Part shown: in pieces, positions 1 through 12,166 of the stretch | Numbering within the stretch: position 1 is the first letter of the stretch | Layout of the letters: every line of letters starts with the position of its first letter | From: the human T2T-CHM13v2.0 reference genome, Homo sapiens | Length of the DNA: 64,000 nt | Strand: one strand, 5' to 3' | Assembly: GCF_009914755.1 (NCBI RefSeq) | Contig: NC_060926.1 | Notes under the pieces: generated by a model | The model's input: only the letters and a program-made list of their open reading frames with translations | What the model was told of the DNA's origin: nothing | The model's database searches: none | Translations under genes and position numbers: made by a program

Positions 1-185
1 AAAAAAAAAAAACTTTAGCTGGGCATGGCGGCGAGCGCCTGTTAGTCCCAGCTACTTGGGACACTGAGGCACAAGAATCGCTTGAACCCAGGAGGCAGAG
101 GTTGCAGTGAGCCGAGATTACACCACTTCACTCCAGCCTGGGTGACAGAACAAGACGCTGTCTCAAGAAAAAGAAAAAAAGAAAA
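1..185 (+). mobile_element. Alu right arm (cut by window edge)
   Basis: Alu right-monomer sequence and A tail. Confidence 0.9.
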
Positions 186-3100
186 ATGCATATATTACAG
201 AAGTAGTCAATGCTACTATACCTTGAATACTATTAAAGTGTATCACCATTGCTTAGTTTCTAGGGATAACATCTGCTCAGAGCAAATCTCAATGGGTGAT
301 CTCTTTAAAGAACAATCAATACCCAGGCAGCTACTTAGAAAGTCTGGGCCATAAACGTTTAAGAGATTTACTGGAAAAATTACTAGCTTTAGAGTCAAAT
401 ATTAATAAGTAGACTTAAGGACCTACTTGGCCATTTAGGGAGCTGTGTAACCTTAGACAAAACACTAGAACTCCTTTGGTCTCAATTTCCTCCTCTGTAA
501 ACTGAGGGTTGCTCTGAGGACTGAAAGAAATAACAGTTTCATTCAACAAATATTTGAGTGCCTACTAGGTGAAAATGAACTGAAACGCCTACACAGGCCA
601 GGCAGTGACATGAGGAGTGAGTGATTGCAGCAGGCTGAGTGCAGGGTGACAAATGGCACTGGCAGGGAACCCTGGAGGCAGGGACAGAAGAGGGATAAGG
701 TGCTCAGGCAGATGGGCCACCACCACCCAGCCACAGAGGAATGGTAGCACAGCTTTACCAGGCCTTCTACCCTTTCAAGAAAAGTTAAAAATATAAGTCT
801 CCCAAATATAAACTCATTTGAACTCAAAATGTAAAATTAAAACATTCTGCAGGCACAAGCATACACACACCCACAAATCTACAGGCTGAAACCAGCTTTA
901 TGCCAGCAGTTTGTGACCTATAGTTTGTATCTATAAAGCAATCAACACAACGGCTAGTGTTATCTCTATCTTTTAAACCAACATCTTTATCCTTTAAAAT
1001 AATCGTTCCTTAGACCTAGAAAGTTACAGGGTCAGATAGCATTTAGGGGTCTAAACTATTCTTCACTGAAGAACTGCAGATGAACAGGTATTCTTTGGTA
1101 CTGCAAAGTAGGACACTCTAATAGAGAAGAGGTTTAAACAAAAGCCATTCAGCTGAGACTGCAGGACAATGCAGCTATTCACTTCTACACAGGCTCTCAC
1201 TGGTCTCGCACTGCCTCTCCCTGCTGACCCCTCAGGCTCACCACAGAAAGGCACCACAATGTGTCAGGCCATGAAGACTGCAAAAAGACAAGAGCCCCAT
1301 ACATGCAGCACGCTCTGCCAGGTCTTATATGTATGCTTTACAGAATCTAAGGTCTCCAACGTCTGACCATGTTGTTCCTTCCTTCCTCATAGTCACTGCA
1401 CACTGGAGGGTGTAGAGGCTGGCAAGGTTAGTCACCTGCCCAATGCCCACAGATCAGGAATGGCAGGCTGGAGCACCTCTCTGGGGGCAAGTCAACATCC
1501 TTCTCACCAGCACACTGCACCTTAATGTGGATGCCAAAATAAAGGCTTCCTGCAAAGCAAAAAACTCAAAGGAAGGCTTCCGCCCTAGGGTGGGGGACAG
1601 GGAAGCAGTCTATAAACTGATGAGACCCTAAATCCACCCTGTCCTCCTAGAACCCAGCACAGCCCCACAGCCAGTGCCTTGGAGCGTGGGTACCCCAGCA
1701 CCCCAGCACAGCTGTGCCCAAGAGCCCACCCCTGGCTCCCAGGCTGCAACTGTGGCAGGGCCGCATGGAAGCTCTGTCAAGCCAGCAGCAGAGGTGCTCC
1801 TCCCTCCTCCTGAGCTCTGTCCAGCTGGAGACAGCATGGAATTAGCAATGGTCATATGTTTCAAGATGTTTTAGGCTTTGAACCAAACTCAACAAGAGGG
1901 CCAGCAGTCAGCATGGGGAGTCCCACTGGATGCAACCCTCTGCCAGCCTGCCTGCAAAAGGGCAGGTGAGGTGCTGTGAAGATGAAATCAAAAGTCTTCA
2001 GGCAGAACTCAGGCTTTTCTTATCTAGTCAAGGGAATTCTTATTGTTAGGATGCCTCGGACCACTGGCTGCCTCTGTTACAGCCACTGCCCTGTCCTCAT
2101 CAACAAGCACAGACTTCGTACTGAAATCCCCACCTCCAGGAAGAAAAGCTTCCCTCAGCTCAGGAGGTACATCCTTAGTGTACAGCCATCACACAATTCT
2201 GTCCCTTCCCAGCAGCTGGGTCACACAGGGGCACGGAATGCAACTCTCCAACAATGAAACATGAGGGGAATCTGTGGGAAAGCTTCTAGAAAACATTTCT
2301 CTGCTCTTGGAAAAAGACATTCAGGGAAAAGTGAACACTGGCTGGGTATCTGATGATAGGAGAGAACTGCTGATTCTCGGGACATAGGAGGTGACAATGG
2401 TATTAAGGTTATGTTTTTGAAGAAAAAAAGTCTATCTTTTAAAATATTTAAGAGTTAAATAAATGTGGTCTAAGATTTGCTTCAACATAATCTAACTTTT
2501 GCTTCAAAATAATGGGGTGGAGGAGGGGAAGAAGACAAAACTGAACTGGCCTTGTCGAATGAGCTGATGGCACATGGGGACGCTTTATGGCACTCTCACT
2601 GCTTACGTGTATGTTTGAACCTTTCGATATGAAAGTTGAAAACAGAAGAGGAGCTCACAAAGCAGCAGCCTCCTCTCTGCCAGGCCAACCGTGCGTGTGG
2701 TACCGGTGCTGTGCCTGTGCTGAGAGCTCTAGGAGGCAATGCACACAGGCTGAGGTGCCCAAGACTCCGGCTCCGAGCTACTGGCAGATCCCGGAAACTT
2801 CCTACGTCATGCAGAATGACACATTTCCCCACTGCTCTAATGATTCTGAGTTGGGCTTTCAGTTACTTGTAACCAAAAGCATCCTAGCCCACACACACTG
2901 TGCACCTGTGGCCCACTCTGAAAGGCCTCCCTGCTCTGAGTCACTGCATTCGGACCACCAAGGAAACGAACACTTGCCAAGTTAATTTTAAACACCAAAT
3001 CCAGTCTTTGTTAGCCGCTGCCTGAAGAGCTGAGAGAGGATTCTCCGCACACTGGCTTTAGGGAAATGAAGAGCTGGAGGCTGACTACTAGGTCAGGTGT

Positions 3101-3397
3101 CTAAGTGCAGAGACAACACTGATACAACAGTGTCCTCTCTGGTCTGAGACTTGGCAAATAAGGGAAAGTCATTCAAATAGTTATGGGGCATTGGGAACTG
3201 CAAAGAGGAACAAGTTATAATCTTAACTCTAGAGGTTCAGAGACTAGTAGGAAAGATTAATGAAAAAATTAAAATAAAGGCAACAGCAAAAGCACATGCA
3301 AGCTACACAAGAACCCCAGAAGCAGGAATAATTAACTTGGTTAGTATCGGGGAGGTAGGTGGCAGAACTTCCTGGCAGAAGGGAGACATGGATTGAT

Positions 3398-3448
3398 TGT
3401 ATGTCTGTGTATGTGTGTGTGTGCGCGCACGTGTGCAAATATATGTGC
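3398..3448. repeat. (TG)n / alternating purine-pyrimidine tract
   Basis: tgtatgtctgtgtatgtgtgtgtgtgcgcgcacgtgtgc. Confidence 0.8.
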
Positions 3449-5746
3449 GGACAAAACATTCCTAAGGCACATGTGAATATATGGATTATTTTCAGAGTGC
3501 TCAATTTGGAATACTCTAGCTGTAAATCCTGTCTACTACAGAATACTGAAAGCTGCCCGTAGAGTACCAACCTCATCTTATGGATGAGGTGGGGGAAATG
3601 AAAAAACAAAACAAATAATAAGAAGTTTCTCAAAAGCAGACACACAGGCCTAGAACTCAGCCCACAAAACCATTATAGGCTCCAAACTCCTGACCAAAGC
3701 CTAGGGCTTCCTGGCACAAAAAGTATAACTGCCATTAAAGACACTAGGCAGGAAGTGCTAACTTGAATTTTTGGCTTAATGAAACATTTTAGACAAGTCT
3801 CACATTTTCTATCTTATTTTAAAAAACTATCTCTCTGCTTCTTCATAAATCATTTTTAAAATTATACAATCTATTTATGATTTATACAGCAGTAAGATGT
3901 AATCCATTTAAATGTACTACTTTTGTTTTTCGGTTGTATTATTATTATTATTCCCCATAATCAGTCCAGGAGCACCTGATTTTTGGTAGTGAAACTAGTG
4001 TCTGGTATATGGCAGTATGTGTATAGTCTACTCCAGGGCTGCCAATGTTTGGTGTAAGTATGGCTATGTCAATATCACAAATACATCTCAAGACACTAAG
4101 GCTATCCTGCAATTAAGGTTTTTCATATATTTAAAGCACTATACAGCTGAGTTTCTCAGAAACCCACTGGCACATGGTAGGTGCATGATTTCTGCAAATG
4201 AAAATGACCATCTCAGATGATGAGGAGACTACTGAGTAACTTGGCCTTCTGAGAGTCTTCTACTTAGACCAACAGGTCACACCAGCACCTAAGAATATTC
4301 ACTTGCAAGGACTCTCATAAGGATTGAGGGGTGAGGCACTTCCCACTGACTCCACTATAAAGGGGAAACTGAGGCTCAAGATGCAAGTGACCCCAAGGTC
4401 AGCTATTACATGCAAAGCAGGGATCTATGCCTTTAACGTAGGTGTCTTACATTGCGTCAGGTAGCTCAAGTATTAATATTAAACATACTCTGCCTTTTGG
4501 CAACTTTAAAACAGTATGTCAAACTGTTAAAGACTCGACATTATCTTAAACTCTTAAACAACTGAATCTACATTTTGAGAATGTGGGATTGTGCTGATCA
4601 TTTGAAATTTAATCTGTGTACTTCTAAAATAAAGAAAATCTTGTTAAAATCCCTAGAGACCTTACAAGTTAACCCTAGATCTAAAGGAGAAAAATAGTAT
4701 CAGAGAGTAGCCCAACACAAAAACAGACTAGGCCCTTCCTGTCTCCTTTCTACCAAAGCTTTAGGGAACTTTTAAGTGAGACCTCCTCTAGCAGAAAACT
4801 TCAGAGAAAAGGAAAACCTGTGAAGAGTAGGGCATTCTCCAAGGCTTATCTGAATAGCTTCAAGGATGAGAATGTACCCATTCAAAATTTTAAATATGCT
4901 TAACATTCCACTCCCAATGTCTCTTAAAATCTACACCGAGTCCATGATCTTTTGGGCGGGGAAATACTGAGGTTATTCATCAGTGAAGAGCCCTAGGACA
5001 ATGAGGCATTTCCTTCACTTTCCTCTGGAGGATGTGGTCCGCCTCAGTTGCAGAAGCAAAATTTGAGGCTCAGAAGCAAAATCAAGCTAGTAATCTCCAT
5101 CCCCTTCCCCAAAAAGCCCAAGGATCCACACAGACAAGACAGGCCCACAGCATGAGCTCTCGCTAAATATATGTGGAAGAAAAAGAGGAAGAAGGGGAAA
5201 TGGGGGTGAGTGAGGGGACCCTGTGGGATGGACTGCAGTGTGGTGCACAGCCATGCAGTGCTCCCCTCCCCAAACCAGACTCTAGACAACGTCCCTTGTT
5301 GTAGTTCTGGCTAGTGTCGGTCTGGGCTGTGGTTTTATGTTGCCCCACCACAGAAGTGCATTTAGAGGTGACAGCCCTCCACCGCCCACCCCAGGTATGA
5401 AGATCTCCACAGGCAGTGTGAACATTCACATCACCTGTCTGGCCAAAGTCAGCAACTGAATGAGGAGAGAATCACCTCAGCAAGTTGGCTTTTCTGCTCT
5501 GCTAGAGCACTCCATGTGGCGGCAGCGAAACCCCCAGAGTGCGGCCTCTATAAAGGATTTTTCCCACGGAAAACAAAAACAGAAACAAAACCAAAAGGGA
5601 GGAAGGATACAAAACGATAATCTATTTGGTAACTTAGAATCTTTTTAAAAAATAGTACAATTTATTTTTAAATTAACGTTGAATATAAAGTATGATTAAG
5701 TAAATAAAAATGTCTAAACATTTATTTCCCATGCCATATATTTTCC

Positions 5747-6045
<299 letters not shown>

Positions 6046-7131
6046 TAATGCTATATATTTTCAACAAAGGCTGAAAAAGGGCGTGAGTGGAAGAAGAAAG
6101 CAGGGAGACAGCAGACGACAGGCAGTGAGGAGGGGAGAGGCTGGGGTGGAAGGAGCAGCACAACAGCCAAAGAGAAGGGAGAGACGCCTGCTGCTGGAAC
6201 TAAGAGCACGATAAGGAAAGGGCCTGGAGAGCAAGAGGGGAGGGGTGCCGACTCAGGGGAGCTAGAGGCCAGGGGAGGTCGGGTAGAAGGCCAGCCTGAT
6301 ACAACCTCCTGGGAGGGTAACTTAGCAGTTATCAACCAAGATTTCACAGGAGAGGCCACTGACCATATATATTTCTCTTGTAAATTACTGTTCCATTTTC
6401 TGTCCCTTCTTCTAATGAAGTATCATTCTTATCAGTTTGTATGAGATGACATAATAAAAATGACTCTGGTTGAGAAATAGCATTGAACTGGGAGGAGAGT
6501 TCAATGCTATTTCTCCAGCCCAGACTTGTACAACTTTGTGAATTGCCTGGTAACTCACAGGTGAGACAGCCAGCTCCTCTCCTACCCTCACACTGAGGAA
6601 GTGGTACTTTTTGTTAATTTAGGTAAAGTCTGCAGTTCTTAAGGGTTCAGTTGAGGAGTTTCCACGATGATATACACAGTGGAGCCACCCCCCAAAGCAA
6701 AATGTAGAACATTCCCATCACCTCAGAAAATTCCCCTCAGACCCTCTTTCAATCATTCTCCCCAACCTCAGCAGATTCTGCACCTCCACCCCCGGCACCA
6801 CCCCTTTTGGCTGCAGAGGTGGTGGCCAGACATCTTATCTTGGAGGCTGGTCTGGATAACATCAATTTCTAGGCTAGTGATTTCTCAGCCCTGTGTATAG
6901 AAGAGGACAGACTGGCCACCACATTTACCAATTTTATACTTAAATGTAAACTTATTTTATACATTTGAATGTATAAATATTTTATAAATGCTAATGGGTA
7001 CTGGATCTCTTAAATAATCATCAGTGTTCTGTGAAGATTAGGACTCCAGTCCCACCCACTACGGAACACCAGAATGCATCTCAACAGTCTGTAAGCAATG
7101 ACTTCTCCCGAGGGTTTTCCTTCTCACTCAC

Positions 7132-7207
7132 CTGGCTGTTTGGATCTCCAAGTAAGTTGCATATATGTGGCACAATCTTGCTTAGTGTTAAAGTCTGTGC
7201 TCCAGAG
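7132..7207 (-). CDS. CLASP1: CLASP1 coding exon (exon 6, 76 nt): SGAQTLTLSKIVPHICNLLGDPNSQ
   Basis: Acceptor tttcag|C and donor CAG|gtgagt; ends in phase 0; HEAT motif LLGDPNSQ. The next exon was not found in the window. Confidence 0.96.
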
Positions 7208-8159
7208 CTGAAAACAAAAGGAGTGCTTTCTTGTTAGTGAGAACTGAGGAAAGAAAGAAAGATGCCTGTCTGCCCACACCTGCCCTTCCCGTGTCTCCCC
7301 AATCCCCATCACCACCTCATACCAAGTCTCTCTCCATCCCATCCACACTGGCTCCAAAGTAAATGTGTCCGATGGCCCCTTTGCACAGAGTTCAAAACCT
7401 AGGGTGGCTTCTCCCAGATAAGTCTTCGTCCTGTCCCCCAGGGCTCTGGCCAATCTGGCCCTAACCCTTTAAGGCTGGGCCAGAGCTCCAGCCCCCCAGG
7501 TCCCGCTTGCCTCACAGGTGCTGCCTCTGCATTACTGTCTGTCACTTTAAGCCAACTACGAGTCACTTGAGGGACCTTGTTTAATTCTCCCGTGTGCTGT
7601 GGCAGAGCTAGACATTCAGGCAACACCGCTGGATGAAAAGACTGCAATCAAATCAGAGCATCTACCCTACTGGGGCACATCTGAGCCAAGTACTGCCCTA
7701 CTGGGGCACATTTGAGTTACAATTTTCACCATCACCATCCCTGTCATGACAAATAGCCTTTGTGAATAAAAATCTCTTGGTTAATCTGCCTACTACCTTA
7801 GCATACATTCCTAAAACTGGAGCTACTGTGATCAAAGGCTAGAAGTTTTCTTTTTTTTTTCTTAAGCTTCAGTTACATATGGCCAAATTTAATGGCACTG
7901 AAAAGGCTAACATATTAAGATGGAAAAAATTTACAAGTAATATAAACATTATAATCTCAATTTTGTTTTTAAAAATAACATAACTTTACAGGTTAGGATA
8001 AAATGCACCAAATTTAACAGTGATTACCTGAAGGTAACAGAATCATAGCAATCTTTATTTTTTCCTTGCGTACATTTTTATGATATATACAGTATTTTTT
8101 CATAATCAGAAAAAAAGGCTTGAAATTTATAATTTTTAAAAAGCCTCTCCTACAAATAA

Positions 8160-9045
8160 GCACATGAAAAAAATGTTCACCATCAACAGCCATTAGATAA
8201 ATACAAATTAAAACCACAATGAGGTATTACTACACACATATAAAAATGGCTAAAATAAAAAAATGACAACATCCAATGGCTAGCAAGGGTATGAAGAAAC
8301 CAGATTATTCGGACATTGCTGGTAGGAATGTAAAACAGTATGGACAACTCTGGGGAAAAACTTGGCAGTACCTTTTAAACTAAAAATGAACTTACCAAAT
8401 CACCCAGCAAGTGTACTCTTGGGCAGTGATCCAAGAGAGATGGAAACTTATGTTCATGTAGAAACTTGTACATGAATGTTCATAGCAGCTTTATTCATAA
8501 AAGCCAAAAACTGGAAATTACCCAAATGTTCTTCAACAGGTGACTAGTTTAACCAACTGTGACACATCTATACCAAGGAATTCTATTTAGCAATAAAATG
8601 AACTATCAAATGTCAGGTGCAAACTCAAGGGCATTATGCTGAGTGAAAAAAAGATAAACTCAAAAGGTTACATATTGTATAATTCCATTTACATAACATT
8701 CTTGAAATGACAAAATCATAGGGAGGGAGAACAGATTCCTGGAAATTCAAATACATTCATGGTTGCCAGGGGTCAGGGTGCAGCTACACACAGCAGCATG
8801 AAGGAGCCCGGCAGTGACTGTGCAGTTGTATATACACACAAATGCACATGTGGTTTTACCTGAGAAATTTGCGCAAGTTCTAGGGATTGTATCCATCTCA
8901 ACTTCCTGGTACTGATGCTGTACTATAGTTATTCAAGGTGCTAACACTGGGCAAGGGTGGGTAAAGGGGGCATGAGATCTCACACTACACTTCTTTGCAA
9001 CTTCCTGTAAATCTATAATTATTTCAAAATAAAAAGTTTTAAAAA
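8160..9045 (+). mobile_element. L1M 3' fragments (L1MB/MC-like)
   Basis: AAAACCACAATGAGGTA, CCCAAATGTTCTTCAACAGGTG and ATTCCATTTACATAACATTCTTGAAATGACAAAAT motifs. Confidence 0.75.
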
Positions 9046-9085
9046 ATTCAGCCACGTAAAAATGTCAGGCTCATCCCAGACTTAC

Positions 9086-9177
9086 GCATTGAGTGTTGCT
9101 ATAAGGCAGAGACAGATGCCTTCTCGAGTACGGAAATTCTTGTGTTTGAAGCCTCCAAGCATTCTGTCCCATACGTA
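9086..9177 (-). CDS. CLASP1: CLASP1 coding exon (exon 5, 92 nt): YVWDRMLGGFKHKNFRTREGICLCLIATLNA
   Basis: Acceptor ctgcag|TAC and donor TGC|gtaagt; stop-free and in frame with its neighbours. Confidence 0.96.
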
Positions 9178-9963
9178 CTGCAGATGACAAAGAACAGGTG
9201 AGGAAAGGAGAAGACTGCTGCAGCTGACACTTTATAAGGGAGCAATAGAAGGCAAGCCTCTTAACGAGCGCCAAATTAGTCCCATCCTCTACCAACACAT
9301 TTAATCCTCTCGAGAGCATACTGGAAAATGATGACATCTATCATGTTATCAAGTATATCAAATTACAATTTTTAAAACACATTCATTTACATAATTGCAT
9401 TTAATTCTCCCAAGAACCCTGAAAGAGAGGTATAACTGTCCTCATTTTATGGGTGAGGAAAGCAAGGCCAAAGGAGCTAGTGAGTTGCCAAAGATCACAC
9501 ACTCACACTGGCCTCTGTTTTTTCTGATCACCCCCCAATAAAGGACAGTAGAAGCTGGGAAAGCAGGGCTGTTTTGGTCCATCCCAGCAGCCCCAATTCA
9601 CCGGAAGACAGGGGCCAGGGCTCCAGCCAGGCCTCCTGACTCCCCAGACACCACAGCTCCCTCTTTTCAGAGAATTGGAGAGTCGGTTACATAAATGAGC
9701 TGAAGAGTCTAATGGATTAAAACTAAGTATATTAGATTCAATACCCCCATGTTAAATCCACTAATTTACTCATCTCATAGTTTTGTGACTTATTTAAATA
9801 TCTTGCATGGGGAAACAGATTGAATGCTGTGAAAATTTTTATCTGTAATACATCAGCTTAAGTCTATGGAGTCACACCATTTGTGCAAGTACACACACAC
9901 ACCCTCGCACGTGCATGCACGCGCACTGGCCAGCTGACCTCAAAACACATCTCTTGCCCCTAC

Positions 9964-10067
9964 CTGGGGATTAGCAGCTTGATCCATGATCTTTAGCAGC
10001 AGAGTTTGGTCCTGCTCCCTCACAGAGTCTTTAGCATCTCCTAGTCTGTCTATTAGACTTGGCAGCA
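9964..10067 (-). CDS. CLASP1: CLASP1 coding exon (exon 4, 104 nt): VLPSLIDRLGDAKDSVREQDQTLLLKIMDQAANPQ
   Basis: Acceptor tttcag|TG and donor CAG|gtaggg; phase 1 continues from the previous exon; HEAT-repeat motif RLGDAKDSVR. Confidence 0.96.
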
Positions 10068-11533
10068 CTGAAAATCAAAATGGAAACTGATCAAATGAAA
10101 CCCTATTTGGGGGTCTGTGGTCACCAAGTATTCCTATCTCAATTATGTGGGAAGACAAACCCCTGACCTAAATGATGTATCTCATTCTAAAACCACTCAT
10201 CTTTGCTCACAGCTCTACTCTCCTTGCTGAAGTCCATGAAAGTCACCAAAAGAGTCTGCAAAATCCTTTGCATGGACAGATACACTATTTGTCTTCCTCC
10301 TTACCCCACGTTCCTCCAGCCAGTTCCCAACGTATTTGTAAGCTGATAAAAATGGAAGACCTTGAGAGGAAGAGTCAACAGAAAGGAAAATTTAGGTAAA
10401 ACACAAGGAGAGGGGCTCCAGTATATGTGTTTGGGGGTGGAAGGAGTGGGCACTTATGAATAAATCTTAAGTTTCATCACTATTGTGTATTTTTAGTTTT
10501 ACATCACGCCCATACACACATGAGACAGAGCCCAGCTCTCCATCTTCCCCGACATACCCAGGGTGGACCCTCCCACCAGTGGTCCAAGTGCACCTGTAGA
10601 CCAGAGATCAGCTTATTTTAAGAGTTTGTAAACCTCTATTACATGAGATATCCCTGAATAATTCAGCTAATTTAGGAGGAAAATGGAACACTATTAAAAT
10701 ATCAAATGTCTAAAAGTAAAAGCTTTTTTTAAATTTGTAAACAGTCGGTGCTCATGACCTTTTCAGAAGGAGCATATTGGTCGGAAAGTTAACAGTAAAG
10801 AATACATGTGTACCAACGTAAAACAGAGAAATTCCATAAGGAAATGGTTGCATAGAGATGCTTAGTGTTTATACTACCCCCATGAAACACCGGAGGTCAG
10901 GAATTTAGAGGTATTTAAATCTATGAAATCTGTGGGTTTTGTTTCATTTTGCTGACATACTGTTTTCCCTTCAAAATAAGAGTGAACATTTACTATACAT
11001 TTGTAATGACATTTACAATCAAGGTGAAAATAGTCATGCCAACCATAATCATCTGGAGAAAAATACAACTGGCTTGGTTTTATAGGATTTCTCAAGGAAA
11101 ACTGCCTCTCATTAAAGGGGACCGGGGTCAGGGTAAAATATGACTTGGTTGGCACTAAAGAGTGACAGCTAATTTAGCATAAGAAATAAAAATGGCACTA
11201 ATATTTCATATTAGAACACGTATTACTAAGTTCCGTGTGAGAACACAGTGAAGCCAGTACAAAGGTATGGGGGAGGGTAAGGGCGCCCGCAGGCCCAGAG
11301 GCCAGGGGAGTCCAGCTGGAAGGGAAGGCAGCGGGGCGGCCGACCCAGGCTGCGAGTGCTTAGGGGGGCTGCGGGGGAGGGCGGGGACTGGCTGTTTGGG
11401 AGGAGCGGAAGGGAGGGAGAGGGGGCTGGAGGGGAGGCAGGGTGGCTGCCGGGAGGGTTTGGGAGCCGGGGAGGCCGAGGGAAGGCTGGGGGTCTGAAGG
11501 GGCCGGGTCCGCTCCACAAGTGCCGCAGCTCAC

Positions 11534-11612
11534 CTGTGCCGATCTGCGCCTTGAACCGATCCTGCAGCCGGGTCACCAGGGCGGACAGGATGTCCATGCC
11601 CAGCAGAACCAC
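11534..11612 (-). CDS. CLASP1: CLASP1 coding exon (exon 3, 79 nt): VVLLGMDILSALVTRLQDRFKAQIGT
   Basis: Acceptor ctgcag|GTG and donor CAG|gtgagc; peptide recognised as CLASP1 TOG1; splices in frame to the next exon. Confidence 0.96.
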
Positions 11613-11901
11613 CTGCAGCGGGAAACACCGGGAGCCTGTTAGCAGCCGGCCTGCGGGGCAGCGCTCCCGCCCACCCGCTCCGGGGAGGCCTAGACATTTC
11701 CGGCCCAGACGCAGTCCGAGAGTCCAGACGCATGCCGACTGGAGGACCAAAGAGATTAGCACGAAGAAGGATGATCTTCCACAAAAAGAGCTATGTACAG
11801 CTATAATGGAAAATACTCGGTGAGGAGAAACGAAATAAAAGGCAATACAGCGTAGCCAAACCCGGGTTAGCTGCGGGTGGAGTTCAAGAGCGCGCCGCGG
11901 T

Positions 11902-11924
11902 CCCGCCCCCGCCAGCCCCGCCCC
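11902..11924. promoter_or_regulatory. Two Sp1-type GC boxes
   Basis: CCCGCCCC (11902-11909) and CCCCGCCCC (11916-11924) immediately upstream of the octamer. Confidence 0.65.
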
Positions 11925-11938
11925 GGCGAGAAAAGCGT

Positions 11939-11946
11939 ATGCAAAT
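11939..11946 (+). promoter_or_regulatory. Octamer (OCT1/POU2F1) motif of the snRNA distal sequence element
   Basis: Perfect ATGCAAAT at -228 to -221 from the U4atac start, the canonical DSE position. Confidence 0.9.
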
Positions 11947-11960
11947 TTTCGAGCGGCCGA

Positions 11961-11979
11961 CGCGCGGTCTTCTGGGTAA
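11961..11979 (-). promoter_or_regulatory. SPH/Staf (ZNF143)-like site in the DSE
   Basis: Minus strand reads TTACCCAGAAGACCGCGCG, similar to the ZNF143 consensus (YWCCCANAATGCMYYGCR); about 15 bp from the octamer. Confidence 0.6.
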
Positions 11980-12106
11980 AACCGAGCCGCCGCTTTTGCG
12001 ACCCTTCGGGAGCCTCAGAAAACAAAGAATTGGGGTGTCGTCGAAAGCTGTGGAGGCTGGAGGTAAGCTAGCTACCAGACCGACTAGGGCGAGGCTCACG
12101 AATTAA

Positions 12107-12126
12107 TTACCACAACCCTACCAGGT
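12107..12126 (+). promoter_or_regulatory. Proximal sequence element (PSE, SNAPc site) of RNU4ATAC
   Basis: TTACCACAACCCTACCAGGT at -60 to -41 relative to 12167; resembles the vertebrate PSE (T[C/T]ACC-led) at the expected position. No TATA at -25/-30, consistent with Pol II. Confidence 0.75.
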
Positions 12127-12166
12127 ATTGGCGCTTCCTGCTTGCAGCCCAGGGACTTTCTATTAT

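Noticed and set aside
11206-12099. Cluster of overlapping GC-rich ORFs (e.g. 11356..11823 +, 11226..11762 -)
   Set aside because: Expected from stop-codon scarcity in a CpG island. Only the 79-nt exon bounded by splice sites matches a real protein.
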